This document shows, piece after piece, positions 1-13,134 of a stretch of DNA of 64,000 nt. The notes below the pieces were generated by a model. The model saw only the letters and a program-made list of their open reading frames with translations, was not told the origin of the DNA and ran no database searches. Position numbers and translations under genes: made by a program. Every line of letters starts with the position of its first letter. The stretch's first letter is position 1. This DNA comes from Octopus sinensis (taxonomy: Eukaryota). The stretch spans positions 26,784,001 through 26,848,000 of the forward strand of contig NC_043013.1 of the NCBI RefSeq assembly GCF_006345805.1. Direction: 5' to 3'.

Positions 1-965
1 GTCACAGAAGCTCTATGGAATATCAAGCGGGCCTTTGGTAATGGCTTCATTGACATCAGAACTGTTCAGAGATGGTTCCAAAGATGTTGTTCAGGAGATG
101 ATAGTCTTGAAAATAAACCAAGGTGGAGGCCAAAATCAGTTACTCAGCATGATGGATTAAATGCTTTGGTTGACTAAAATCCAAGAACAATGGTCTGAAA
201 ACTTTCATCAGAATTCCAAACATCTCGCACAACTCTTTCTCGTTTGTTCCACATCAACTGAACGAGGTTTAAAAAAACAGGCACCTCAAAGTGTGTTCTT
301 TATTTCTTTCTCAACTGGAACATATGATGAAAAATGGATACTCTTCGACAACAGCAGAAGTGCAGGACAGTAATTAGATGTAGGAGAGTCACCTAAACAC
401 TACTCAAACCCATCATTGCATCCTAAAAAGTGAACGGTCACTGCATGGTGGTCTGTAAAGGGTGTTATTCATTATTCATTTTTGCAACAAGGAAAAATGG
501 TAACAGCAACATTGTATTGCCAGGAAATTAATTGTATGCATGACAATTTAAAAAAGAAGCAGCCCAGACTAGTGAATAGAGATGGGCCAATTTTGCTCCA
601 CAACAATGCATGCCCTCACACTCCTCAAGCTACAGTCCAAAAGTTGCAAAGCCTGAATTATAAGATTTTGCAACATCCTCCCTATTTCCCCTGATATCTC
701 TCCTACTGATCATCACTTATTTAAGCATTTTGAGCTTTTCATAAGCAATACAATATTCTTAAATAGAGAAGAGGTAACTGAAGAATTCAGACAGTTTATC
801 AAAGAAAAAGATGAAATTTTTTTAAAGATGGCATATATGACTTAGAGAAACGTTGGGTAAAGGTCATAAATGAACATGGATCATACTTTGATTAAATAAA
901 TCAATTCTCTATCACTTCTGAAACATTTTATTGTTACCTTTCAAATACAATATTTGACAACCTAA
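1..965 (+). mobile_element. Degenerate mariner (Mos1/Hsmar-like) DNA transposon, 5' part outside the window
   Basis: Broken frames give TVQRWFQR..SGDDSLE (HTH), YDEKWILFDN, ILLHNNACPH, LQHPPYFPDISPTDHHLF and RWVKVINEHGSYFD* (stop 893-895). Ends in ...caacctaa (965) followed by TA, like a mariner TIR end plus TA TSD. Confidence 0.9.
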
Positions 966-1015
966 TATGTGTGTGTTTGTGTGTGTATGTGTGTATGTAT
1001 GTATGTCATCATCAT

Positions 1016-1093
1016 CATCATTTAACTCCGTTGTCCATACTGGCATGGGTTGGACAGTTTGACAGGGCTGGCATGCTGGAAGGCTGCATCAGA

Positions 1094-1133
<40 letters not shown>

Positions 1134-1166
1134 TACAAATGAGTAGACATACACACATGCACACAT

Positions 1167-1201
<35 letters not shown>

Positions 1202-1245
1202 CACATAACCCATGCCAGCATAGAAAGTGGATGTTAAACGATGAG
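1016..1245. mobile_element. Two short RTE-type 3' tails in opposite orientation around a (CT)/(TA)/(CA) tract
   Basis: 1016-1090 (minus) and about 1205-1245 (plus) both match the extreme 3' end (aacccatgccagcat..gttaaa(c/t)gatgatg) of the RTE LINE at 47236. Confidence 0.75.
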
Positions 1246-1524
1246 GAGGAGGAGGAGGCGGAGGATGATAATGATATATTTACATATATATAAGGACAAG
1301 AAGATAGGGAATATATTTCTTTCAGTCACTTGTACTGGGGTTTCTTTAGTTATTGTGTCCTCACTTTAACTGTCCATAGAGGATACTTCTTAGAGAGATA
1401 TTACTTATAGAGACATTAGTTATAAACCATCAACACTAAAGGCTTAATTTAGTCAGAAGTAAAGAGCAGTGCCTATGATATCTGCAAATCCTCTGGGACT
1501 AGTGTGACTGATTACTAAACATCT

Positions 1525-1760
1525 TCAAGTTAATGTTTGGAGTTGATGGGTGAGGAAGGTGTCTTGAAGAATTGACAATCTGGAGAGAAAGTATTCAGAG
1601 AGGTTTTGGGTGCAAGATCTGATGGCAATGGGGTGGAGATAGAAAGGGTGTGGATAAAAGAAGGGGAGAAAAGTGTGTTGTATGTTGCATGTGTGTCTGC
1701 ATTGAAGTGGTATGCAAACAGCTAGCTGACAGAGGAGCAAAGTCTGTTGTAACAACAAGA
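1525..1760 (-). pseudogene. Possible highly decayed Penelope-like RT fragment
   Basis: HPIAIRSCTQNLSEYFLSRLSILQDT loosely resembles the PLE RT N-terminal RPIVS..PTENLSEY..L..QDT region; judged by eye only. Confidence 0.25.
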
Positions 1761-2059
1761 CAAAGTTTATTGTTTGTAAAAAAAAAAAGTGTCTGTTTAT
1801 GATGAAAATTAAGCTAGGCTAATCCTTTGTGAATCACAAGAAACTATAAAGCTGGTGGTGCTTAAATGCTGTTTCCATAGCATTAAGCAGATGAGAGATC
1901 AGCATATTAGATAGGAGGCTACTCAATCGTAAGAGAAATTGAACTTGGCATAGCAAAATAGCAAATTACTTTTGAATTCCTCAAATCTATAGTTCTGTCA
2001 CTGTTTACAGCAGTGATTTATATCATTCTACTGTCAAGCCAACAAGCAAGCTGCTGCGT

Positions 2060-2290
2060 TGACTTGGTCGCTCAACTTGCTCACAAGAAATGAGAGCTAA
2101 ATCTCTCTCTCAAATCTTATCCTACTACCTTTAAATAAAAAATTAAAAACATGGCAATTACATATTTCGGATAATGCATCTCTACATAAATTTACTGGGA
2201 TGGTCACCCAGGGAATGCCTTTGATCATAGCTCAGCTTAGGCAAAGCCTTACCAGAGACCCAATAATCATTCTACAGTACCTATTAAGAA
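2060..2290 (-). repeat. Unclassified short interspersed repeat (family E); other pieces at 16541-16736, 25815-25990, 35520-35610, 36405-36480
   Basis: Shared motifs ggtgtgatttgagggagatttggctgctatttct and ctatgatcaaaggcattcc recur in several copies on both strands. Confidence 0.6.
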
Positions 2291-3024
2291 CAAAGTAGAT
2301 TCACTTATTTGAGAGAGAAGTGCTTTAGCCAGAGGCAGAACACAACAACACCAATGACAAAATACAAACCACTAACACAGCCAGCATCCCTTTCCCTTCG
2401 CTTTCTTCCTCATCTAAATGGATCGGCTGGTATTCTATCCATTTGGCCGTTTGCTACACTATTATGATAAATGACACTTTATTTAAATATCTGTTTCTAA
2501 CAGCTGAAATATATCAATGTGAGAGGATAATTTCATTTCAGCGAATCTAAAAAGCATGACTCATAAATTCAAGGATGCCCTTTTTCTTTTTGTTGTTTAA
2601 TTATTTTCCTTTAAGATTTCTTTATATAACACTTAAACTGAAAATACTACAAACACTAAAGAAAAAAAACACAAAACAAAAACAAACAAAAACAAATACA
2701 AATGAAAACAAAGCAACTTCTCAACATCCAATTGCAATTATAAATGATTTTTCCTGGAATCTGATGCCTTATCGCGATAGAGTGACATTCCTACACCATT
2801 CCATATTATTTCCCGAAAATTTTAATTAATTTCTAGGTTTCTGCTCTATGAATACACTCAGTGTCTTCAGAAAATTTAATTCTTGTGAAATTATATTAAG
2901 TATGGAAGTGTAAATGATGTTAATAACAGAATGGTATTGTGTATGTTGAGTATGAATACTTCGTTAGTTGGGATGATGATGATGATGGCAAATATATGTA
3001 CGAACATATAGCTTTACTTACAGC

Positions 3025-3031
3025 TACAAAC

Positions 3032-3063
<32 letters not shown>

Positions 3064-3095
3064 ATGATATGTATATGTATATATATATATATATG

Positions 3096-3175
<80 letters not shown>

Positions 3176-3461
3176 GTATGTATATGTGTATATATATATA
3201 TACATGCATACATAGTTTCAGCACATCATATGCATTGATACCTGCAGACAATCAAGAGCCTCACCTACAGACATATGGATGTATTGCATGTGTGTGTGTG
3301 TGTTTGTGTGATCATGTGCACGTGAGTGTGTGTATGTGAGCATGCTTGTGGAGTGATATATTTATTGCTGTAGATAATTTTGAATGCAAAGATATATATA
3401 CTTATATACTTACATATTTGTCTACATAAAACATCCTTCTATATACCTATGGGTATATGTG

Positions 3462-3508
<47 letters not shown>

Positions 3509-3547
3509 ATTATATATATATATATATATAAAATGAGAGTTATATGT

Positions 3548-3606
<59 letters not shown>

Positions 3607-3886
3607 TGAGTGTGTGTGTATATAAATACACACACACATATATCTATCTATATATGTATACTCAAATATGTGTGTCTGTGCATTTGTGTGTGCATGTAAA
3701 CACATGTATATAGTACAAATGAATATAGAATTCTTTTCAAATTCCAAAATTTAATAACTATGAATTAGTACAAACCATATATATATATATATAATATATA
3801 TATATATTAATATATATATATATATATATAGATATATATATATATATTATATATATACATACATACATACATACATACCTACATAC

Positions 3887-3960
<74 letters not shown>
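3025..3960. repeat. Cluster of (TA)n, (TG)n and (ATAC)n microsatellites
   Basis: Direct inspection; source of the poly-YI/IY ORFs. Confidence 0.95.
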
Positions 3961-3963
<3 letters not shown>

Positions 3964-4377
3964 GGCCGTAGCCAGTACCGCATTGACTGGCCTCCGTGCT
4001 TTGGGGACGTAACAAACACCATCCGATCGTGGCCGTCCGCCAGCCTCATCTGGCACCTGTGTCGGTGGCACATAAAAACACCATCCGAGTGTGGCCGTCT
4101 GCCAGCCTCGTCTGGCACCTGTGTCGGTGGCACATGAAAACACCATCCGAGCGTGGCCGTTCGCCAGCCTCGTCTGGCACCTGTGTCGGTGGCACATAAA
4201 ATCACCCACTACACTCTCGGAGTGGTTGGCGTTAGGAAGGGCATCCAGCTGTAGAAACACTGCCAGATCTGACTGGACTGGTGCGGCCTTCGGGCTCCCC
4301 AGACCCCAGTTGAACCGTCCAACCCATGCTAGCATGGAAAACGGACGCTAAATGATGATGATGATGATGATGATGAT
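3961..4377 (+). mobile_element. 5'-truncated RTE LINE 3' UTR with three ~62-bp tandem units and a (GAT)n tail, in a (TA)n tract
   Basis: Near-identical reverse complement of 47236-47745; contains ggcgttaggaagggcatccagctgtagaaac and the (gat)n tail. Confidence 0.9.
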
Positions 4378-4530
4378 ACATATATCCTTTTATATATATA
4401 TATATATATATATATCCTTTTTTTACCATTCTCTCTTTATCTCTGTCTCTCTCATTCTCTTTAGGAATTAGCTACCTGTTGCCCTCTTTCTATTTCACTA
4501 CACCTATCTATCTATCTAACCATCTATCTA

Positions 4531-4563
<33 letters not shown>

Positions 4564-4635
4564 CATGCATACATATAATAAATATCTATGTGTGTACGCG
4601 TGTGTGTTTATATGCATGTATAGAGACAGATATAC

Positions 4636-4677
<42 letters not shown>

Positions 4678-4825
4678 TGTTTGATACACTAATGGTTATA
4701 TAGTTAAACAGATAAACAGACAGGTAAGCATATATATATATACATACATGCATCCACAAAGACAAAACACTCACTCTACAAAAGCACACACATCTATATA
4801 TTTGTCTATCTACCTATCTATCTAC

Positions 4826-4888
<63 letters not shown>

Positions 4889-5368
4889 ACTGTCTGTCTG
4901 TCTTTCTTTCTATCTTTTTCTTTATGTGTATGACTGCCTGTTTTCTTGTATATTTGTATATTAATATTTACTTCTCCCTCTATCAATATATCTAGTGACC
5001 TAGTTATCTAGTCAGCTAGCTATATTCACAATTTTCTTCATCTCTTCATTTTCAAAATTCTGTTTTGTTTCTTTGCATTTTTTCTTTTGTTCTTTTTTTT
5101 TCCATCATCCTTACATATTAATATATGTAACTGCTGTGCATATTTCTCACCCTCCTAATAAATAAGCTGCAGTGGAATGTAAGACTTTGCTGGAATATTG
5201 GTAAATGTATATGTAGAAATTTTAGTCCAAACAGGAGCAAAAAGAATATTGCTCCAAGGGTTATCTGTGGAATGATTATTAAAAGTTCTAGACTAACAAT
5301 CTGCTAGCTGCTTTGTCTGTCTTTCTATTCATTTGCTTATTTATCTATATATATGTATATATATATAC

Positions 5369-5404
<36 letters not shown>

Positions 5405-5889
5405 TTGTGTGTCAGTATATGTTTATACTTTTATGTACAAAGTGAGAAAGAGAGATGAATAAATGTGTAGTAATCTAAGTATTGATAGATGGATAGATAG
5501 ATCTGTCTAAAGGTATATGTCTCTATATATAATTAATTGTTTTTGCATCAAGCTACCCATCTTTCTATAGGAGTAATGTTTTATGCTGTGGAATTGGCTA
5601 TGAACTACCTCTCCTCTATGTTTATTTGCAATAATTTTATTTCATAGGTCTTAATGAGAATAGACATGTTTTCTCATGCAGCTGTAGCTCACCTTTATGT
5701 TGTTTTGGTTAAAAAACTGGTGGGCTTTATCACTGTTCAGGAAATATTTTCTACATAGGAAGAGAATATTTTACAACACTTTGTTTTTCTTTTGCGCTAG
5801 TGTTGTATAGCAGCTTACACTATTGAGCTTTCAACTTCCAATATATTTAGATCAAAGGGAGCTGATACAAAAATGATTCTTAAAAAGTA

Positions 5890-6460
5890 ATGTCAAGAAA
5901 GAAAGACAAAAAGATGTACAGTATACTGTGCTTATGTCTCTACCAACAACACATCAACAAACTGTATAGGATATACAGAGCACTCCTTCAAAAATGGGCT
6001 GCACCAACAACTCATCCCATCATCACCATCCTTTCAAAGCATATTTGGAAAGGAAAAGTCAAAGGTGAGTCAAACAGAATGATATTGGCAGCTTTAGGTA
6101 AGGAACAGATATTTAGGAATGGATCAAACCTTTGCAACTTCTGTCTTACAGAGAAACTCTACATCATTTACCAATCTACATCAGTATTAAGAAGAAAGAA
6201 GCTAATTTCCAGCTACTGACACATACCTAGACATTTTCTTAGGAATCCCAAAGAACCCTTCCCATGCATGACAGTATGACAGCTAACAGTTGACTCCAAT
6301 GATTTACACTATTTACATCACTAATACAACCAACAGTCAGTTCATGTCAGCTTCCTGATAGATACTGTCGACTGAAGGGTTGATGGAGCAATACTTTACC
6401 CTGCAAATATAATTATTGTTTATTTTACATGTCAATAAACATATATCTGATTCTACACAC
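5890..6460 (+). mobile_element. Penelope-like element relic: GIY-YIG C-terminal region plus 3' region
   Basis: ORF 5890-6219 has ILSKHIWK..K....ILA......NGSNLCNFCLTEKLYII, matching the PLE C-terminal LSKHIW..K...KRCNLCLTEK.II motif; aataaa near 6435. Confidence 0.7.
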
Positions 6461-6518
6461 AACATCAGGCAGAGTTAGGATCTTCTATGTTTATGGAGGG
6501 AAAAATAATATATATATC

Positions 6519-6737
6519 CCTGGTGTCACGCAAATGGCACCTATGCCAGTGGGATGTAAAAGCACCCATTATCCTCTTTGAATGGTTGCATTAGGAAGGG
6601 TATCAAGCCATAGAAAACCATGCCAAATCAGACTGGATTCTGATGTAGCTTTCCAGCATGCCAGCCCAGGCAAACTGCCCAACCCATGCCAGCATGGACA
6701 ATGAACACTAACTAATGATGATGATGATGATGATGAT
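6519..6737 (+). mobile_element. RTE-type 3' tail fragment in a (TA)n tract
   Basis: gatgtaaaagcaccc...ttaggaagggtatcaagc...aacccatgccagcatgga...(gat)n, flanked by TA repeats on both sides. Confidence 0.8.
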
Positions 6738-7247
6738 ATATATATATATATATATAGGCAAGTGGACAACAAAAGAAAGAGGCATTCATCACTTTAGTAA
6801 GAGTTGCATATATTATAATTTAAAGCAGTTTGATTTAGCTCATGCAGCATAAGGTTTCGAAGGCTTCTCACACATAAACACAGACACAACAAGCAAAAGC
6901 TTCAGTTACAACTATTATATATTTTGTCTAACAAACAGGCAGAGAACTCAGTGGAGTAAATAACAAAAGTTCCTTAATAACAAATCAGTTCACAAGTGAA
7001 ATAAACACACTAAACAAAGTAAAATGTGAACAAGAGTAAAAGATTTAAAATAAATATCCAAGTCTTGCAATGCCTTGTAATTTAATCGTTTGGTTCATTT
7101 TTGATGTTTGCTAAAATTTCTCACCTTTTGTCTACAGGGATAAATATTATCTCACAGTGTTAATACTACCTCTGTCATTAATATATGTTTTTTAACAAGC
7201 TCACTGACTAATTACAATACCAGCGCATGTTTTAGCACTGTCAGCAG

Positions 7248-7373
7248 GGAGATGAATCACTGCTGTCTCTAGCAGTCAAGTGTCCATCATTGACAAGACC
7301 AAACAAGGTCGAAACCATGTCATCTGGTAGTCTCAGCACTGGAAGTGGTGGAGATTTATCTCACCGCTTGTGA
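7248..7373 (+). CDS. Candidate host exon (GDESLLSLAVKCPSLTRPNKVETMSSGSLSTGSGGDLSHRL*), product unknown
   Basis: Unique, GC-richer sequence; branch-like ctgactaat at 7204-7212; tandem cagcag acceptor at 7242-7247; open 41 codons. No homology recognised. Confidence 0.3.
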   Translation, partial: GDESLLSLAVKCPSLTRPNKVETMSSGSLSTGSGGDLSHRL

Positions 7374-7544
7374 TATCAACAAGCATGCATTTGGCACCAA
7401 AAACCTAATATGAGAGTTTCTCTCATGGTGACTACCACAGTATAGTTTGTTTTAATAGAACATCCATGTTTAAGTGGGGATAAATAATACCCCTTTTTCG
7501 ATGGTATTGAGAGGAGGAATGCACAGTTTTAAAAAAACCATGTG

Positions 7545-7584
<40 letters not shown>

Positions 7585-7818
7585 TGCCACCATCAACATT
7601 ACCATGACTACTTACAATGATGATCACCACCTTCGGCAGCAGTTGCAGCAATAGGAGGAATAGGGGTAGTGCAATTATAGTGGAAGCAGTGGCACCAATG
7701 GCAGAGGAGGTAACAGAACTAGTGGCATAAGGGTAGCAGTAGTGGCACATTGGGAGTGCCAGCACAGTGGTTGTCACCATGAGAGAAACTGTGATAACAG
7801 CAACAGCATCAGTGGTAA

Positions 7819-7866
<48 letters not shown>

Positions 7867-8075
7867 TATCATCATCATCATCATTGTCGTCGTCGTCATC
7901 ATCATCATCATCATCATCATCATCTTCTTCTTCTTCATGATTATTGTTATCACCGCAACCAACACCACCACCATCATCAGCATTACCATGATCATCATCA
8001 TCACCTTCATCAACATCATCATTGTCACCATTGTCATTCACATCATCATCATCGTCGTCATCATCATCAACCTCC
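7545..8075. repeat. (CAT)n-rich trinucleotide microsatellite region
   Basis: Direct inspection; source of poly-D/I/M ORFs. Confidence 0.95.
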
Positions 8076-8659
8076 TCATTGTAATGGTATCTAACAATCA
8101 AATTTTCAGCTTTAAAAAAGAAATTAGAAAATAGTCTTTAAAATATTTTCGGTTGACCAGTTTTAAGAACTATGGCTAAAATGTTCATATTAGAAAGAAA
8201 GGTAAATAAGAAATTAAAAGATTAAAATTCATTTCATACTTACACACATCAATTAACTTAATCAAACTTCAAACAATAATAAAACAACAAAATATTTTTA
8301 ATAAAAGAAAATATAAAAAGCCACAAAATGAATTGTTTTCATTTTTTTCAAGAAAATAATTATTATTTCTTTCAATATTATAAAAATCCATTTTGTGTAA
8401 CAACAAAAACAACAGAGAAAAAATTCATTATTCTTTTTGTAAAAATGACAAGTCAGTCTTTGGGGAATAGCAATTACGTATTATGTGTGTGTGAGCATGT
8501 TATTATATATTCTTATATATATTATATATAGATATATACACTTGCACATGCACACACCCAGTGTGTATATATGCGTGGGAATGTATACATACATACCTAT
8601 CTATATCTATCTATCTATCTATCTATATATATATATATATATATATATACCAATATATA

Positions 8660-8713
<54 letters not shown>

Positions 8714-8722
8714 ATATTCAAT

Positions 8723-8932
8723 ATGTGACCGCGTGTGTATCATTGGCGATTTTCTTTCTACGTCTTCCCTTCCTTGGACCTTTCCTTTTTCTATGTTTCT
8801 GATGAAGAGCTCCACTCGAAATGTTAAAACTTCCTTCTTTCTTTCCTTTCCTGAGTGTCCAATAACACTATACTTGTTCCACGTCCTCGTATTGTTATGT
8901 TTTCTCTTTGTGTTTTCATGTTTGGATTAACT
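8723..8932 (+). mobile_element. ~210-bp Penelope-terminus-like non-autonomous element with a hammerhead-like motif, in a (TA)n tract
   Basis: gttt-CTGATGA-A-GAG-ctcca-CTC-GAA-ATGT-T-aaaac at 8795-8830; homologous copy on the minus strand at 51986-52148. Confidence 0.65.
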
Positions 8933-8937
8933 ATATA

Positions 8938-8969
<32 letters not shown>

Positions 8970-9500
8970 CATATTCATAAATTTAGGCAATGAAGAAAAA
9001 GAAGACAACACAAGAGTAACAAGCCTTAACGTATGTCATATTAGTTTAACACTTAAAAAGGAAAGGAATGAGTTCTGACGTTTCAGACAATGGTTATTCA
9101 TCAGAAAGAATAAAAGAGTGGGGAAAAGATGAAGAAGGATAAAAGGTGGTTGAGGAGCAGGTCAACAGAAATGCAGCTCCACAAGGAGAGTACAGAAGAG
9201 AGGTGGCAGTTTGGTGTGTGTATGTATTGCAGAGTATCCATGTATAGAAATAGATATAAAGGAACGTGTGTGTATGTGTGTGTGGTAGTATGAGGGGGTA
9301 TGGATGAGTGCGGTTTCTTTGGGTGTGTAAAGGTTTGTAGTGGTGTGCAAGTATGGGAGTGTAGAGGTACGGAGTAGTAGTGTGGGTAGGATGATAATGT
9401 GTAATCATGTTATATGTGAGAGAAAGGCATGAGGGGGAAGGTGTGGCAGGCATGATGAGAAGGAGAAAGAGAAGGTAAGAAAAAACACTGATAACAAAAA
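8970..9500 (-). mobile_element. Decayed Penelope-like terminal fragment with a hammerhead-like motif
   Basis: Minus strand ttcttt-CTGATGA-ataaccattgtct-GAAACGTC-agaact (9071-9110); shares the downstream tattagtttaa motif with copies at 40.5 and 52.2 kb. Confidence 0.5.
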
Positions 9501-9635
9501 TTGTAAAATTAAAAATATATATATATTATAAAAATACTGGAAAAAGATAAGGCAATAACACTGGTAAAATATTTGGTAGTTACATAACAGGTTATGAAGA
9601 AGGTTATAAAAGTTTGGATAAGAGAAAGCCATTAA

Positions 9636-9852
9636 CCCATTAGTGCCCAATTCTTTTATTTAATTTATTACCAAAAACCATTTTTAATACAACTTTATCT
9701 GATACTAAATATATAAAAAAAATTTTATTACAATATTTGAAAGACACTCTAGTTCTGATGACTAACTAAAGATATCTCTAAAATACAGTTGTTGCAAAAA
9801 TATGATGAATTATCCTTCTGGTTCTAAAAAGAGGACCAAGGGCACTAATGGG
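9636..9852. mobile_element. piggyBac-type MITE (217 bp)
   Basis: Perfect 13-bp TIR CCCATTAGTGCCC (9636-9648) / GGGCACTAATGGG (9840-9852), flanked by TTAA on both sides (9632-9635, 9853-9856). Confidence 0.9.
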
Positions 9853-10645
9853 TTAAAATGGGCCAAGACCAAAAACACAGAAGAGGAAAACAGCAGGGGA
9901 AACAATTTACAGTTAAATGCTCATCCCCAGGACATAGGACACATCCACATCATCAGATGTTGAAAGCTAGTGCGGAGAAAATTTAAAAGAAATTTAATAT
10001 GGATTCTAGGTGAGAGTATTTTAGGCCTCTATCGGTCAGTCCATATCATGTGGTTATTTTTGTTATCATAGCTGCATCAGTTATTTTATTGGTAGGTGCA
10101 TATAGTGCAGTAAACAGGATATTAGTGTCATTTTGCAAGAATTCTGCAGTGCATGATATTTCAGCAACTCTACGTTAGATACTGCACGTGGTTGGGGAGA
10201 TAAGATGGTGGCAACAGTTAGTTGTCTCTAGTAGGATGTGTTATATCAGTGACAACAGTTATCACATGGTGAGGTAACCAATTTGCAATAAAATGATGGA
10301 CAAACACTAGTCCTTAGCCTAATAATAATAATACTAATGATTTTATTGACTGATTTTCACAAAATGTGTAGCTTATTTACTGTTTGAACAAACCAAACAA
10401 TCAGTGATATGTTGATGTTAAGTTCAATAAAATGATATACATACATACATACATACATACATACATACATAAGATTGAAAAATGTTGTACTATCATTTAG
10501 AGATCCAAATATTAAATCTACTGCAAACCATGTTTTTGTGCTTAGTACTACACCAAAGCAACATCACAACTTTGACCATTCAAATTAGGAGACTTAACCT
10601 CAATGTGGATCTGTCCTTTAAGCATCATGGTCTGTCTATTGATAA

Positions 10646-10975
<330 letters not shown>

Positions 10976-11269
10976 AAAATGGGAAAGAAAGTTGTAACAT
11001 CACTGGAGGAATTTGAAAATTGCATCTGCTGTGAACCATATAACTCTGCTATTTTACCAAAGTGACATCATAACTTTGAAAGTCTTAGTCAAAAGACTGA
11101 ATGTAACATGAAGATTATTGTTAAAGTTAACATCAGATGATATATCAATGGAGATATTTTTTGATAATGTAATTTCATAAGAGTTTCCAAAGATATTTTT
11201 GTTGAGAGCCATCTCCTGTATGATTCTCTATTGTTAGTTCACCCCGTAATGGACAAGTAATCAACTTTG

Positions 11270-11625
11270 CAATAACTGTTTCTAACTGAGGCACAAGGCC
11301 AAATTTTGAGGGGAGGGGAATAGTCAAGTGACACTTATTGACCTCAGAGGGATAAAACATGAAGTTGACATCTGTGGGATTTGAATTCAGAATGTAAGAG
11401 GTAGAATATCCTTTCTTTTATAGGCACAGGCTTTGAAAATTTGGGTAAGTGAGTAAGTCGATTACATCAACCCTAGGATTCAACTTCTACTTATTTTACT
11501 GACCATGTAAAGATGAAAAACAAAGTCAAACCTGGCAGAATTTGAACTCAGAATGTCAAGACAGATTAAATAGCGTTAAGCATTTTGCCCGACATGCTAA
11601 CAATATGCCCAACTCACCACTGTAA
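11270..11625 (-). mobile_element. Two adjacent decayed copies of tRNA-derived SINE family B
   Basis: Both carry gaatttgaa(c/t)tcagaatgt and ggcacaagg/ggcacagg 3' remnants. Confidence 0.65.
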
Positions 11626-11889
11626 GGGTAGAATAAATACCACTAGGTATTTTTTACTCACTGTCTATATCAACTTTACAATAATAAAAAGTATTTATGA
11701 TATTTACCCTACATTGATGTATTGTGTGGTTCCTACTGTAGTAATACAACTAGTAGAGTTCCTACTGTAGTCATACAACTTGTGGAGGCTTCTTATGTAG
11801 ATTTGTGTCTTATACAATCCCATTAGATAACAAAGGGTGCATTCCTTTCTTTTGTAACCAGTTCTGCATTGCTCTGAATAATAAAATCC

Positions 11890-12570
11890 CATCAAACTTG
11901 CAACAACCGAGATCTGAAGGAAATCTGTTTGAAACTGCCAAATGTAACTTTTGGAAGTTGGTTCTTGATTTTTTGATATCATGAATAACACTGTGTAACA
12001 CAATTTTGGTCGTCCTTGGGTGGTAACTGTTATTTCCTATTTGCTTACCCCTGTGAAAAATGGTTAATATTTCCTTCAAACTTAGCTTTTGTTACATTTA
12101 TTCCAACCTCAAAGAATTCCTCTCAACACATGGCTATGATGCTCTCCCACTACTCCATCTGAGATGCACATATTGGCAGCCACTAAGGGACATGCTCAAC
12201 TGGTTAAGGTCAAGCAATGACAAGTAAATCTGTGGTATTGAGAAGAATATTTACTTTAATGAAATTTCTGCTTCAACAACTCAGTGCTGAATCTGTCTGA
12301 AATGTAATGGAAAATAGGTCAGTTTTAAAACATTGATGTCCAGATCACAAAAGCAAAGTTTGAAGGGAATAGTAGTCATTTCCTTTGATTTCTAGATAGA
12401 AACAAATAGGAAATAACACTTACTGACCAAAGACAAAAATATAAAAATTTTGTTACACAATAGTTTGGAGGGAATTTTACAAAGATGAACTAGAAGATAG
12501 CAGCTTAAGAGAGTTTGAAAAGAGAAGACATCAAACAGATTTCAATGAGGTTTACTTTGATGACAAAGGA
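11890..12570. mobile_element. Foldback / long-TIR element whose centre contains a ~170-bp segment of repeat U
   Basis: About 11920-12095 and 12345-12545 are diverged inverted repeats (aaataggaaataaca, acaaaagc(t)aagtttgaagg, tcaaacagatttc). 12095-12260 matches the interior of repeat U (29697-30252). Confidence 0.6.
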
Positions 12571-12780
12571 ATAAAAGAGATGCCTCTTAATTCTATATCT
12601 TATTAATTGTAACAATTAAGAAATAATACACATGGGAGTTATCAAGTTGAACGTTACTTTGTTCCACTAAAATTTCGTTGATTGTTACAGCATTCTTGGT
12701 AATGTGACGGAAATATGAAATACATTTGCGTTCATAGAATAAAACGTAAAAACTTATATCTATTGCAAATATTTATGTTC

Positions 12781-12823
<43 letters not shown>

Positions 12824-13134
12824 ATCTATCTATCTATCTGTTTGTCTGGCTGTCTATTTGTCTGTCTGTATGTGAAATATTTAATCCATAATCATTAATC
12901 CAATGAAATATATTTTGTTTTGCCCATGCCTCTTCTGGAACTCTTGTCAGACAAATGATTATAGATTAAATGCTTTTATTCACTCTCAGACTTATCCTTG
13001 AGTTCTTTATTCTAAGTGGTCGATCATAGAGCTTCTTTTGAACTTGTGCATGTATGTGTGAGAGAGAGAGAGAGTGTGTGTGTACGTGTTTGCACACACA
13101 CACAAACACACACACACACGCGCACGCGTGCACA

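Noticed and set aside
7413-7790. ~22-bp inverted match (gtcaccatgagagaaact) between 7415-7437 and 7768-7790
   Set aside because: Short and isolated, with no extension or TSD; cannot be distinguished from chance or an eroded relic.
11810-12079. 89-aa minus ORF initially read as a decayed R4-type RT segment
   Set aside because: The same DNA is one arm of an inverted repeat (partner 12345-12545), so the protein resemblance is likely chance.
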